Notes: a model not told the origin generated them from the letters alone. A stretch of 64,000 nucleotides of DNA from Bacillales bacterium (GCA_016282375.1 JAEEKI010000011.1:1691-65690), one strand, 5' to 3'; counted from the stretch's first letter, positions 21,719 through 32,391 are shown. Numbers and translations: made by a program.

Positions 21719-22901
21719 GAAAACAATAATAGGTATAGTAATATTTGCAGTTTTGATAGGACTTATTGTTTTATATAAAGTTGCCGGTAATGCTATTAAT
21801 CACATTATGGGTGGTGATTTAACAACCATTTATGTGGCTACAGGTGGAGGAAAGGAAGATTTTCTTAAAGATAAAGAAGTATTAGAGATATTAAGAAAAG
21901 AATATAAACTTGATGTAGTCTTTGATACGTGGAGTAATAGTAAGACAGTATCTAGTCCGTTAATTAGAGAAACAATTGGTCTTGGTAATCAAGATATCAT
22001 TAACCGGATGGAAAATGGGGAAACATTCACGATTAATTCCGAGGGAGTAACGAAGTATGATGCTTTATTTACTTCGGATATCCGTTATTATGAATACTAT
22101 AAACAAAAACCTATAGAAAATGAAGCTGAAAGATATACGGTATTAGGCGGAGGTTTAACGCTTAATACACCAATTGTTTTCTATAGTTGGGATAAGATAG
22201 TAGATGCCTTAATTGCTAATGGTATTGCACAAGAGCAAGATGGCATTTATTATGTTACCGACATGGATCGATTAGTAGATATCATCTTAAATGGTAAGAA
22301 ATGGTCTGAACTAGGTGTAACAGATGATATTTATGGTAATGTATCTATTTCATCAATTGACCCAGTTAAATCTAGTCCAGGTGCTACATATTATGGTTTA
22401 TTACTTGCTATTCTTTCTCACGGTGAAGTTACGGAAGAAAATGTCATAGCTAATATGCCTAAACTAAAAGATTTATATATTAAATCTGGAAATATGAAGT
22501 TTACGCCAGCTGATTTATTCCAAGAATACTTAAGAGCAGGCATGGGTACGCAAAAGATTATCGTTGATTATGAAAAAAGTATTATTGATTTTTCTAATTC
22601 TAATGAAAAGGGCTTTGAACAAGTTAAAGACCGGATAAGAATACTATATCCAAAACCAACATCTTGGAATAACCACTGTTATATGTATTTTACGGAAGCT
22701 GGTGAGATACTTTATAAAGCTTTTGAAGAGAATGAAAAAATACAACAAATTGCTTGGGAAAAATATGGCTTTAGAACTGGTATAACAGGTGGAAAATATG
22801 ATGTGTCAAAGATAGGGGTTGCTGTACCACAAGAAATAACTAGTACTGTTCCAGGTTTAAAAATGGCAGAATATAATGCATTAATTGATGGTCTTAAATA
22901 G
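21711..22901 (+). CDS. Membrane-anchored solute-binding-protein-like protein
   Basis: N-terminal TM; GGKEDFL, LNTPIVFYSW, DPVKSSPG, YGFR; resembles the SBP domain of 19454. Confidence 0.65.
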   Translation: MNKKTIIGIVIFAVLIGLIVLYKVAGNAINHIMGGDLTTIYVATGGGKEDFLKDKEVLEILRKEYKLDVVFDTWSNSKTVSSPLIRETIGLGNQDIINRMENGETFTINSEGVTKYDALFTSDIRYYEYYKQKPIENEAERYTVLGGGLTLNTPIVFYSWDKIVDALIANGIAQEQDGIYYVTDMDRLVDIILNGKKWSELGVTDDIYGNVSISSIDPVKSSPGATYYGLLLAILSHGEVTEENVIANMPKLKDLYIKSGNMKFTPADLFQEYLRAGMGTQKIIVDYEKSIIDFSNSNEKGFEQVKDRIRILYPKPTSWNNHCYMYFTEAGEILYKAFEENEKIQQIAWEKYGFRTGITGGKYDVSKIGVAVPQEITSTVPGLKMAEYNALIDGLK

Positions 22902-22912
22902 GAGGTTAAAGA

Positions 22913-24067
22913 ATGGACATGAATATTAATTTAGAAGATTTTGAAAAGAAAGACGTTGAACTATTAGTAGCAGGTAATGAAAAAGTATCTGAAGAAAAGG
23001 TAGAAAGTACTCTTAACTATGACAATTTGACAGATGAAGAAAAGAAGGCAATTGATGAGTTTGTTGCTAAAATTGATGTTAATGATGCAACACAAATATT
23101 ACAATTTGGTGCTGCTGCCCAAGATAAAGTAGCAGAATTTTCTGACTCTATTTTACAAAATGTTAAAACTAAGGATTTAGGAGATGTTGGCGACTTATTA
23201 TCTAAGTTGGTTTCAGAGATTAAAACCTTTGATAAAGAAGTTGCTGGTCAAAAGGTTGGCTTCTTAGAAAAAATGTTTACAAGTGCCAAAAAAGAAGTGG
23301 ATCGTATTAAGGCTCGTTATTCGAAGATTGAAACTAATATTGGCGCTATTGAACAAGGCTTAGAAAAAGATAAGATTCAAATGCTAAAAGACATTAGCAT
23401 TTTTGATGTTATGTATCAAAAGAATTTGGATTATTTTAAGGAAGTATCATTATATATCATTGCTGGTGAACGTAAAATTAAAGAACTTCGTGAGGTAGTT
23501 TTACCAGAACTTAAAGCTAAAGCTGAAAAAACTGGTGAACAACTTGATATTCAAAAAGTTAATGATATGGAGCAATTAATTAATCGTTTTGAAAAGAAAA
23601 TTTATGATCTTAAAACAACAAGAATTATATCTATTCAAATGGCTCCACAAATTAGATTGTTACAAAATAATGAATCAGAGTTAGTAGAAAAGATTCAAAG
23701 TTCTATTACAAATACTATTCCTCTTTGGAAGAATCAAATGGTTCTTGCGCTTGGTATTAGCAACGCTAAACATGCTTTACAATCACAACAAGAAGTGTCT
23801 AAACTTACTAATGAGATGTTAGTTAAGAACAGTGAAACTTTAAAACAAGGTTCTATTGAGATTGCTAAAGAAAGTGAAAAAGCTATCGTTGATATTGAAA
23901 CAATTAAGAAAACTAACCAAAATCTTATTGATACTATTGATACAGTTATTAAAGTTCATGAAGATGGTCGGATTAAAAGACAAGCTGCTGAAAAAGAACT
24001 TGAAAATATGGAAAAAGAACTTAAGTCTAAATTACTTGAGATTAATGTTAAATCAAAGAAGGATTAA
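22913..24067 (+). CDS. telA: Toxic anion resistance protein TelA (YaaN/KlaA family)
   Basis: ILQFGAAAQ, QMAPQIRLLQ, TIPLWKNQMVLALG. Confidence 0.9.
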   Translation: MDMNINLEDFEKKDVELLVAGNEKVSEEKVESTLNYDNLTDEEKKAIDEFVAKIDVNDATQILQFGAAAQDKVAEFSDSILQNVKTKDLGDVGDLLSKLVSEIKTFDKEVAGQKVGFLEKMFTSAKKEVDRIKARYSKIETNIGAIEQGLEKDKIQMLKDISIFDVMYQKNLDYFKEVSLYIIAGERKIKELREVVLPELKAKAEKTGEQLDIQKVNDMEQLINRFEKKIYDLKTTRIISIQMAPQIRLLQNNESELVEKIQSSITNTIPLWKNQMVLALGISNAKHALQSQQEVSKLTNEMLVKNSETLKQGSIEIAKESEKAIVDIETIKKTNQNLIDTIDTVIKVHEDGRIKRQAAEKELENMEKELKSKLLEINVKSKKD

Positions 24068-24125
24068 AAATTATATCTAAAAAAAGACTTTATGTCTTTT
24101 TTTTCTATATAGCAAGGAGAGTATA

Positions 24126-25682
24126 ATGGAAAATAAATATTTTAGTGAGATTTATGATGACTTTTTTGGAGTAAATAAGATTATTGTTCCAGAAGAAAAA
24201 ACTAATGATATGGATATTTACACCGAAATAGATAATTTGTATTTAGATGACGAATCAAAAAGTCTTTTAAAAAAGATAGTAGATTATATGCAAAAGTATA
24301 ATGAAGGAAAAGAGACTAACTATATCAATTTTAATATTATTTTTGAATGTAAAACGAAAGAATGTCGTAATAAAATAATTGATATTCTTAGAAATAGTGT
24401 TAGTAAAACTCAATATACTGTTAATGATAATATATATAATTTGTCTTTATATGAATTAAATAATAAGATTGATACAGTTGCGTTATATGATAAAAATGGT
24501 CTTATTAGTATTAGTGATTTAAGTAGTATATCGATGCAAAGTGATAATAATATTAAGATATTCTTTTATAATATGGGACTAACATTAAATAAAAAGAATA
24601 TAACACTTTTATGTGGTTCCAAAGAAGAAATAGCTAATTTTAAGAGTTTTAATTCCGAAGTAATTGATAAGTATTTTAATTTTCGTTTAGTGGAGGTAAT
24701 TCCTACAAGTCAAGATATTTATAATGAGGTATTAGCTAGTGTTGAAGTAACTGATGATCAAAAGATTAATCTACTTGATTATATTACATCATCACATAAA
24801 GAAATTAGTGATTATACAGAATATCGTGATAAGTTAATTGATTATATATCTTTTCATAAAGAAATACCTAAAATTAAAGAAGAAAAGACTATCGAAGAAA
24901 TATTTAGTGAGCTTGACGAACTAGTAGGTCTAAGTGATGTAAAGAAAATATTACATGATTTAGTTAATCTAATTGAGTTAAAGAAGAAAAGTGATTTAAA
25001 AATTAATGATGTTAATCTACATATGTTATTCTTAGGTAATCCAGGAACTGGTAAAACTACTGTAGCCAGATTATTGTCAGGAATTTTATATAATTTAGGT
25101 TATATTAAAGAAAATAAACTGATGGAAGTAACAAGTAAAGATTTAGTAGCGGAATATGTTGGTCAAACCTCTATTAAAACAAATAATGTCTTAGAAAGAG
25201 CTTTAGGAGGAGTTTTATTTATTGATGAAGCTTATTCTTTATCAAGTAAGTTAAGTACATATAATGATGAAGCAATTGCTACTTTAATTAAGGGTATGGA
25301 AGATAACCGTGATAATTTAGTCGTTATTTTTGTGGGTTACACTAAAGAAATGCAAGATTTTATTAATTCTAATTCTGGTATTGCATCAAGAATTGGCTAT
25401 ACACTAGATTTTAAGGATTATACCGAAGATGAATTAGTTAAGATTCTAGAAGGTATGGTTCGTAAATCAGGCTTTGAAATAACTCCTGAAGCCATTAATA
25501 AAGTACGTTTAATTATTAAAGATAATAAAGATAAGCCTAATTTTGGTAATGCAAGATTTATGCGTAATCTATTTGAAAAAAGTATTATTTTACATGCTAC
25601 GAATACAAAAGATAAGAAGAGTAAAAAAATCCTTCGTACGTTAACTGACAAAGATATTAATATTGATAATATATTAGTTTAA
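24126..25682 (+). CDS. SpoVK/CbbX-family AAA+ ATPase with a degenerate N-terminal region
   Basis: LVGLSDVK, GNPGTGKTTVAR, LFIDEAYSL, FGNARFMRN. Confidence 0.85.
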   Translation: MENKYFSEIYDDFFGVNKIIVPEEKTNDMDIYTEIDNLYLDDESKSLLKKIVDYMQKYNEGKETNYINFNIIFECKTKECRNKIIDILRNSVSKTQYTVNDNIYNLSLYELNNKIDTVALYDKNGLISISDLSSISMQSDNNIKIFFYNMGLTLNKKNITLLCGSKEEIANFKSFNSEVIDKYFNFRLVEVIPTSQDIYNEVLASVEVTDDQKINLLDYITSSHKEISDYTEYRDKLIDYISFHKEIPKIKEEKTIEEIFSELDELVGLSDVKKILHDLVNLIELKKKSDLKINDVNLHMLFLGNPGTGKTTVARLLSGILYNLGYIKENKLMEVTSKDLVAEYVGQTSIKTNNVLERALGGVLFIDEAYSLSSKLSTYNDEAIATLIKGMEDNRDNLVVIFVGYTKEMQDFINSNSGIASRIGYTLDFKDYTEDELVKILEGMVRKSGFEITPEAINKVRLIIKDNKDKPNFGNARFMRNLFEKSIILHATNTKDKKSKKILRTLTDKDINIDNILV

Positions 25683-25718
25683 ATATATAATATATGTTAT
25701 TAATTATTTGGAGGGTTT

Positions 25719-26123
25719 ATGGGACAAACTTACAGTATTGGAAAAAAAGAAATAGCATTAAGTAATAATGCTGTCTTGATTCTTGAAAAAAAGAGCGAAG
25801 ATTATGAATGGGTTGAGGTAACATATCAATCATCAGATAAAGAAATTTTACTTGGATCATATTTTGAATATAGTTTTGGCAGTGGTAAAGAGTGGTTGGA
25901 ATATAATGATGATTTTGTTGTCTTAATGAAAGATAAATATGGTTACTATGATAGTGCTAACGACGATGATTTATATTACTATGATGACGATAATTTTGGT
26001 TATATTGGTCCAAATGTAAAAATAATGTTTGATATTAATAATGAAAAGTTTGTTCAAGGTACCGAAGAAGAACTTTTAGAATTATATTTAAGTTCATTTA
26101 AAAATCAAGGAAGATCATTATAA
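25719..26123 (+). CDS. Hypothetical acidic protein
   Basis: GGAGGG RBS, ORF. Confidence 0.7.
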   Translation: MGQTYSIGKKEIALSNNAVLILEKKSEDYEWVEVTYQSSDKEILLGSYFEYSFGSGKEWLEYNDDFVVLMKDKYGYYDSANDDDLYYYDDDNFGYIGPNVKIMFDINNEKFVQGTEEELLELYLSSFKNQGRSL

Positions 26124-26482
26124 TGTATACTAAAGTTGTTTTTATTAATTATAGTGCAAGTGAACATTTATATCGAATAAGTATATTTTTAAAAAATGCC
26201 AAAGGTATTGTTCATATCAGCAGTAGTCCATTCGATATTGATAATTATCCATACTTGTCTCAAAAACTTAAAGAAGGTAATATGGTTTATATTAATGCTT
26301 ATGATGGTTATGTAGGTCTTGAAGAAAAAGAAGGACCATATAATGAAAAAGAAGTATTTAATTCATTATATGAGAGTCATAATGATATAATGTCAGAATT
26401 ACTTATTAATTTAGATAAGAACATTAGAGATGATAATCAAGTTCAAAGAAAACTTGTTAAGATAGGTAATTTTTATAAATAA
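26123..26482 (+). CDS. Hypothetical protein
   Basis: TAATG-coupled to the previous ORF. Confidence 0.7.
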   Translation: MYTKVVFINYSASEHLYRISIFLKNAKGIVHISSSPFDIDNYPYLSQKLKEGNMVYINAYDGYVGLEEKEGPYNEKEVFNSLYESHNDIMSELLINLDKNIRDDNQVQRKLVKIGNFYK

Positions 26483-26513
26483 CTAGAGCAATCTAGTTTT
26501 TTTATGCTACAAT
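26481..26513 (+). terminator. CTAG-family terminator copy 8 fused to extended -10 TGCTACAAT
   Basis: aactaga-gcaa-tctagtt, T tract, tgctacaat. Confidence 0.8.
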
Positions 26514-26530
26514 TATTTTGGGTGGTAATT

Positions 26531-27463
26531 ATGGCTTTTGTTATAATAGCGGTAATTATAATTATTATATATATCTTGATAACTTATATTATGTTTTTAA
26601 TGGTTTGTAAGAATAATAAAAACAAAATGCCAATGGAAAAAGAAGTTGCTAAGACATTAGAACCTTACAAAGATATGATTGATATTGGTCAAAAATGGAT
26701 GGAAGATAAATTAAAAAGAAAGCAAATTAACGATATTTATATAAAGTCTAATGATGGCTTAAAATTACATGCCATATTTATTATGCATCCACACAGTAAG
26801 GGTATTTTTCTTGAGTGCCATGGTTATAAGAGTACTGCTCAAAGAGATTTATATCCATCATGTCATGAATATTATAAAATGGGATATAGTTTGCTAATAC
26901 CTGATAATCGAGCTTGTGGTTTAAGTGAAGGTAAATATGTGACTTTTGGAATGAAAGAAAGTGATGACGTTATTTGCTGGGTTAAATATATAAACAAATC
27001 ATATCATAAGCAGGCTATTATTCTTGCTGGGGTGTCCATGGGAGCAACATCGATTCTGCTTGCCTTAAAGCATATTAAAAGAAAAATGAATATAAAGTGT
27101 GCTTTAGTGGATTGTGGATTTGTATCAGCATATGATGAGGTTTTATACTGCATTAAACATTATTTTCATTTACATGGTAAATTGTTTATTGGGATGATTA
27201 ATTTTTGGTGTAAAAGAATTGCTAAATTTAGTTTAAAGAAAACTAATACAACTTTATTACCAAATAAAGTAAAAATACCAATTCTTTTTATTCATGGGGT
27301 GGATGATGATTTCGTTCCTTGTGAAAATACAAAGGTTAATTATGAAAAATATGATGGCCCTAAAGAAATAGTTTTATTTGAAAAAACTAGCCATGGAATT
27401 AGTTATTTAGTGGATTCTAAAAGATATCTTGATGCCATTCAAAGAACAATTGACAATTCCTAA
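26531..27463 (+). CDS. Alpha/beta hydrolase with N-terminal TM (YqkD-like)
   Basis: HGY, GVSMG, IHGVDDDFVP, terminal His. Confidence 0.85.
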   Translation: MAFVIIAVIIIIIYILITYIMFLMVCKNNKNKMPMEKEVAKTLEPYKDMIDIGQKWMEDKLKRKQINDIYIKSNDGLKLHAIFIMHPHSKGIFLECHGYKSTAQRDLYPSCHEYYKMGYSLLIPDNRACGLSEGKYVTFGMKESDDVICWVKYINKSYHKQAIILAGVSMGATSILLALKHIKRKMNIKCALVDCGFVSAYDEVLYCIKHYFHLHGKLFIGMINFWCKRIAKFSLKKTNTTLLPNKVKIPILFIHGVDDDFVPCENTKVNYEKYDGPKEIVLFEKTSHGISYLVDSKRYLDAIQRTIDNS

Positions 27464-27495
27464 AAGTATTGATTAAATAATTGTGAGAGGTGTTT

Positions 27496-28071
27496 ATGGA
27501 AGAAGAAACAATTTTTCAAGAACGTTGTGGTGCGGTAGGTGAACGTAATCCTGATGATCGTCAACTGTCTTTTACAATGCAATTAGATGAATTAGATAAT
27601 TCGTTAAGCGTTATTTTTTCGCTATTAGGATTAAAATCAAGAGATATTAAGAAAGTTATTTTAAAAAATGGGAAAAATCAATCAAATGTCGATATATTAA
27701 CATATGAAGGATACCTAGATCTTTTAGAAAAAGCTGTTGAGATTTTACCTAATTGTCCGATTGCTCCGCTTGATGAGGATTCCAAAGCATTAAGGTGCCG
27801 TCCAGATGCTCTAATAGCCAGTGATATATTAGGTGTTACCTTTTTTTGCTTTGCTGCTAAAGCAAGAGGGGAGAAAATTGTTTATAACTACAATGGGCAT
27901 GAAATAAAATCTGAGGAAATGCCTAATAATTTTGCTGATGCATTAGATTATGTCGCTTTAAAAGTATGTCAGGTTGAAGATTATGACACACGTTGTCAAC
28001 AATTATATCAAGAGATGGGTTTGCCTAAAGATTTTGACATAGAATTACCTGTTGCTAGTCGAAAAAGATAA
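27496..28071 (+). CDS. Hypothetical protein (ends SRKR)
   Basis: GAGGTG RBS, ORF. Confidence 0.7.
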   Translation: MEEETIFQERCGAVGERNPDDRQLSFTMQLDELDNSLSVIFSLLGLKSRDIKKVILKNGKNQSNVDILTYEGYLDLLEKAVEILPNCPIAPLDEDSKALRCRPDALIASDILGVTFFCFAAKARGEKIVYNYNGHEIKSEEMPNNFADALDYVALKVCQVEDYDTRCQQLYQEMGLPKDFDIELPVASRKR

Positions 28072-28072
28072 C

Positions 28073-28099
28073 AAAAAAACTGGAATAATCCAGTTTTTT
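28073..28099. terminator. Bidirectional terminator
   Basis: aaaaaactgga-ataa-tccagtttttt between convergent genes. Confidence 0.75.
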
Positions 28100-29003
28100 A
28101 TTTTGCATGGTTTTTTTCAATATTGTATTTTAATAATTCTAAGAATTTTTTTAATTTAGGATTTTTAATATTTTTATAAACACCATTAATATGTCTTTTT
28201 TCAATATTGAAATTTACTTTTATTTCTACTAGTTCACCTTTTTCTAAAGAATCTTCGATATATTGTTTAGTGGCAAAACCAATACCTAGACCAGATTTAA
28301 CAAATTCCACAAGTAAACCATGACGATCCATTTCTAGGGTTGGTTTTAATTGAATATTATTTTTAATACAAATATTATTTAAAAATGTTCTTGTATCATA
28401 TTTTTCATTTTGGACAATTAATGATTGCGATAAAATTGATTTTAAGTTCGTAACATTTTCTATCTTTTTATAAAACTCAGGAGTAGTAAAGAAACAATCT
28501 TCGATATCAATTAGTTTAAATTTTTTATATTTATTTTCATTAATAACAATCGTAGAATTAATAAAGACTAAGTCTAATCTTCCGTATCTTAAATCATCAT
28601 ATAATTGATCAGAACTTTGATTAACTAGTTCAATAACAATACCAGGATGCAATTTTTTAAATTCAATGATGGTATCTTTTAAAAGATGTCTGGTTACAGA
28701 CTCGCCAGCTCCAATCCGTATTTTACCGACATCATTAATATTAATGTTTTTAGCAATTAATTCGACATTATCTAAAGTATTAATTGAATCAACAATATAA
28801 CGATAAAGAGTTTTACCATCATCTGTTAGGATCATACCTTTTTTATCCCGGACAAATAATACAATATTTAAATCACTTTCTAACTTTTTAATTGCTTTTG
28901 TTACTGATGGTTGAGTTACGCATAAAACTTTGGCAGCTTTACTGACATTTCCATAGTATGCAACGGTTTTAAAAATTCTTAATAAATCAAAACTTATATT
29001 CAT
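28098..29003 (-). CDS. LysR family transcriptional regulator
   Basis: SKAAKVLCVTQPSVTKAIKKLE HTH plus substrate-binding domain. Confidence 0.92.
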   Translation of the reverse strand: MNISFDLLRIFKTVAYYGNVSKAAKVLCVTQPSVTKAIKKLESDLNIVLFVRDKKGMILTDDGKTLYRYIVDSINTLDNVELIAKNININDVGKIRIGAGESVTRHLLKDTIIEFKKLHPGIVIELVNQSSDQLYDDLRYGRLDLVFINSTIVINENKYKKFKLIDIEDCFFTTPEFYKKIENVTNLKSILSQSLIVQNEKYDTRTFLNNICIKNNIQLKPTLEMDRHGLLVEFVKSGLGIGFATKQYIEDSLEKGELVEIKVNFNIEKRHINGVYKNIKNPKLKKFLELLKYNIEKNHAK

Positions 29004-29125
29004 ATATTCCTCACAAGAATAGTTAATATGAAAACTATTCATCACGAATATACCATTTTTTGGCCTTTTTGTCTAGATTTGCTCGCTATGAAAATGATAT
29101 TATGCAACTGAAAGGAGGGATACAT

Positions 29126-30070
29126 ATGAAAATATTGTGTATCGGAAATATTGCTTACGATTGTACCGTAAGTGGTAAAGAATTCATTAAGGAAGGGGTA
29201 CGTAATAGTTATGACAATGTTAAGTTTAATACGGGAGGGCCTACTTCCAATGCGGCAAGCGTTCTAGCTAAGTATGGCGATGAAGTTGATTTTTATGGTC
29301 AAGTAGGTAATGATGCTAATGGTAAAAGAGCCCTTGAGGAGATGGCAAGCGAAGGTATTAATATTGAGAATGTTAATGTTTCAGATAATGTTATGACACC
29401 TTTTAGTTATGTAATTATTAATGAAACAAATGCTACTCGGACGATTTGTTCAATGCGTAGTAAATCCGATTATAATTGTCCTCAGATAGAGAAAATTAAT
29501 TATCAAAAAGGTTATGATTATATTTTAACTGATGGTAAATATCCTAAAGATGCGTTGAAATTAATGATTAATAATCCTCATGCTATTTCAATTATTGATG
29601 CAGGCAGAGTAAACGAAGGTATAAAATTACTTTGTCATTATGTTGATTACTTAATCTGTTCAGAGGATTTTGCCAATGATATGACCGGTTTAACTATTAA
29701 TGGTGATTATCAAAATGATTGTAATGTTTATAAACAATTACAAAATATCTTTTCTCAAGCTAAAATTACTATTACCGTAGGAGCTAAAGGTTATATTTAT
29801 GCTGAAAATGGTCAAATAATTACTAAACCCGCTTATGAACCAGAAGAACCCACGGTGGATACTAATGCGGCTGGGGATATTTTCCATGGTGCTTTTACTC
29901 ATGCTATAGCTAACGGTTATACATATGAAGAAAGTTTAGAGTTTGCTAATGTAACCGCTTCATTATCGACAACCAGAAGAGGTGGAAGAGCAAGTATTCC
30001 TGATTTAAATGAAGTCGAAGAGTCTTTACTAAATAATAACCATTCTTTTACGCGCTCTTTAAAAAAGTAA
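29126..30070 (+). CDS. PfkB family carbohydrate kinase
   Basis: GGPTSNAA, GQVGND, VDTNAAGDIFHGAF. Confidence 0.9.
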   Translation: MKILCIGNIAYDCTVSGKEFIKEGVRNSYDNVKFNTGGPTSNAASVLAKYGDEVDFYGQVGNDANGKRALEEMASEGINIENVNVSDNVMTPFSYVIINETNATRTICSMRSKSDYNCPQIEKINYQKGYDYILTDGKYPKDALKLMINNPHAISIIDAGRVNEGIKLLCHYVDYLICSEDFANDMTGLTINGDYQNDCNVYKQLQNIFSQAKITITVGAKGYIYAENGQIITKPAYEPEEPTVDTNAAGDIFHGAFTHAIANGYTYEESLEFANVTASLSTTRRGGRASIPDLNEVEESLLNNNHSFTRSLKK

Positions 30071-30080
30071 TCGATGTTAA

Positions 30081-30773
30081 ATGATTGATACAGCAATAAT
30101 TATTGCAGGGGGCGAAGGTAAAAGAATGCAAGAATCAGGTATTGCTACTCTTAAACCATTAGTTATTGTTAACGGAAAACCATTAATATGTTATATTATT
30201 GACAGTTTAATAGCATGTAATATAAAAAATATAATTATTATTGAACCTTGGAACCGATCAATTAGGCAAAAAATTAAAAACATTTATGCTGATAAGAAAC
30301 TTATTTTTATTAATGCTCTTAAAGAAAAAAAGATGTTTTACAATTTAATGCTAGTACGTAAATATATTCAAAACCGTTTTATTCTAGCCGATGCCGACAT
30401 TATTGTAACTCCCCAAGTAATGCAAGAGTTTATTAATAATGATCAGGATTGCTTTGGAACAATTGCTATTGTTAAAAAGCCCACCATTCAAAATAATCAT
30501 TATCTTCAGATTGAAAATGATAAGATTAAGGCTTTTGATAAACAGGCTAAAAAGGGTTTTCATGGTGGCTTTTTATATACTTTTGATCCGGAATTTATTA
30601 GTTATGTCGAAGAAAGCATTGTTCAAGATGATTTATCATTTACAAGCTTAGTAACTAATTTAGCTAAACAAGTTGATATATTACCAAACTATGTTGATAA
30701 TATTTGGGATGTTGATTGTTATGAAGATATTGTAAAAACAGAACAATTATTACAAAAAACTAGAGCAATCTAG
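30081..30773 (+). CDS. Sugar-phosphate nucleotidyltransferase (NTP_transferase family)
   Basis: IIAGGEGKRM..KPL, DAD, WDVD. Confidence 0.8.
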   Translation: MIDTAIIIAGGEGKRMQESGIATLKPLVIVNGKPLICYIIDSLIACNIKNIIIIEPWNRSIRQKIKNIYADKKLIFINALKEKKMFYNLMLVRKYIQNRFILADADIIVTPQVMQEFINNDQDCFGTIAIVKKPTIQNNHYLQIENDKIKAFDKQAKKGFHGGFLYTFDPEFISYVEESIVQDDLSFTSLVTNLAKQVDILPNYVDNIWDVDCYEDIVKTEQLLQKTRAI

Positions 30774-30780
30774 TTTTTTT
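30753..30780 (+). terminator. CTAG-family terminator copy 9 (encodes the last codons KTRAI* of the upstream gene)
   Basis: aaaaaactaga-gcaa-tctagttttttt. Confidence 0.8.
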
Positions 30781-30833
30781 GTGTGACAATTTTTATTTAT
30801 ATGATATACTTAACATATAAGGTAGGTGTGCGT

Positions 30834-31958
30834 ATGAAAAGAAGTAACATAGTTTTATTAACAATTACTACAATTACATTACTAGCCTTAGTAATTGGTG
30901 CAACATATGCATACTTTGCTACCGGTAACCTAAATATCACAAATGTTGTCAATGCTAATACTGTGACAGAACGTAATAATATGGTCTTTGATACTCTAGG
31001 TGGGGGAATGAGTCTTAATATCACTGCATCTAATATGGTAGAAGCTAGACAAGGTAATGTGGCCGCGGAAAATAATACAACATTAACTGTTAACTTTACG
31101 GCCAATACTGATTATAGTATGGTATGTACGTATGACATCATCTATGAATGGACAAGTAGTGATAAATATACGGCCCATACAAGTGGGGTATCGTCAAATG
31201 AATTTACCATTCAAGGAACACTAGCTTCAAATGCACATGTTAGTGAAGGGACCAATAGTATTAAAAATGAAACAGATTTATCAACTTTATCATATACAAA
31301 TTACAGTGCCACGGTCGTAAGTGGTGCTAAAATAGATGGAACGGGCGATACGACGAATACCGCTGTATGGACCTTATCAAGTAAGTTTTATAATGTAGAT
31401 GCTAATCAAAGTGCTTTATCAGGAAAAACATATGCTGGTAAATTTATGGTAGCCAATGTGTCTTGCGTACTTGGATCTACCTTTCCAGGTCCAACAAGTT
31501 ATTGGTTTGATAGAAATACTTGTAAGCCTGGAAATCCGTGTGCTCATCCAAATTATGGAGGAACATTACAAAGTAATGGACTTGCAACAGGAAGTAATGT
31601 TTATATAGGTCAAGATACTAGCCAGTATTACGTATGTGCAACCATAAGTGGCCATGAAGTATGCTTATCACAACCGTATACGCAATATGGTTTAACTGGT
31701 CATACAGTAGATTCCGACTTCACAAGTGCGCAACAAGAAAGTGCAAAGCAAGCTTTATATCAAGTCTTTATCGATGCGGGAATTAATATTGATATCTCAG
31801 GTTGTCATTCTTATACTTGGATGCAAGCTGACTGTTCTGTTGACGACATTTACTGCGCGGTGCAAAGTAGCGGCTATGTTAAATGTTACGATATAAATGG
31901 TAACAAAGAGTGTCAGATTAATTCGCTTGGTCGTGCCAACTGTGATACTTATTTTTAA
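30834..31958 (+). CDS. Surface protein: SipW-type signal (ATYAYF), conserved N-domain, Cys-rich C-terminal domain
   Basis: N-domain aligns by eye with 13720/15732 up to NVSCV; unrelated Cys-rich passenger. Confidence 0.85.
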   Translation: MKRSNIVLLTITTITLLALVIGATYAYFATGNLNITNVVNANTVTERNNMVFDTLGGGMSLNITASNMVEARQGNVAAENNTTLTVNFTANTDYSMVCTYDIIYEWTSSDKYTAHTSGVSSNEFTIQGTLASNAHVSEGTNSIKNETDLSTLSYTNYSATVVSGAKIDGTGDTTNTAVWTLSSKFYNVDANQSALSGKTYAGKFMVANVSCVLGSTFPGPTSYWFDRNTCKPGNPCAHPNYGGTLQSNGLATGSNVYIGQDTSQYYVCATISGHEVCLSQPYTQYGLTGHTVDSDFTSAQQESAKQALYQVFIDAGINIDISGCHSYTWMQADCSVDDIYCAVQSSGYVKCYDINGNKECQINSLGRANCDTYF

Positions 31959-31981
31959 TAGTATTAGAAATAGGATGTGAT

Positions 31982-32365
31982 ATGATGGAAAAAAGGATTG
32001 TTGTTACGGGTATTTTAAAAAGTAATGATGAGTATTTAATTGTTCAGAGAAGTGCAAATGATGATTTGTATCCTGGTGCTTGGGAATTTCCTGGTGGCCA
32101 TCTTGAAGAAGGGGAGGCCATTAAAGACGGTTTAAAAAGAGAATTATTCGAGGAAATAGGTTTTAATGAAGAATTTGAACCGATAATAATGCATTATAGT
32201 GATGAAGTAACTGGCAATTATAATTTAGAACTGGATTTTCTCATTAATGTTGATAAGGATAAAATAAATATTAAACTAAGTAGTGAACATTTGAGTTATA
32301 AATGGGTTTCTAAAGATTCAGAACTTTTAGATGATTATATCAAAGATAAATTAACAAACATATAA
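31982..32365 (+). CDS. NUDIX hydrolase
   Basis: WEFPGGHLEEGE...RELFEEIG Nudix box. Confidence 0.9.
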   Translation: MMEKRIVVTGILKSNDEYLIVQRSANDDLYPGAWEFPGGHLEEGEAIKDGLKRELFEEIGFNEEFEPIIMHYSDEVTGNYNLELDFLINVDKDKINIKLSSEHLSYKWVSKDSELLDDYIKDKLTNI

Positions 32366-32391
32366 AAAACCAAGTATTGATACTTGGCTTT

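Noticed and set aside
30756-30773. KTRAI C-terminus as a MuA-like ClpX degron
   Set aside because: These codons are the CTAG terminator repeat itself, so the peptide is a by-product.
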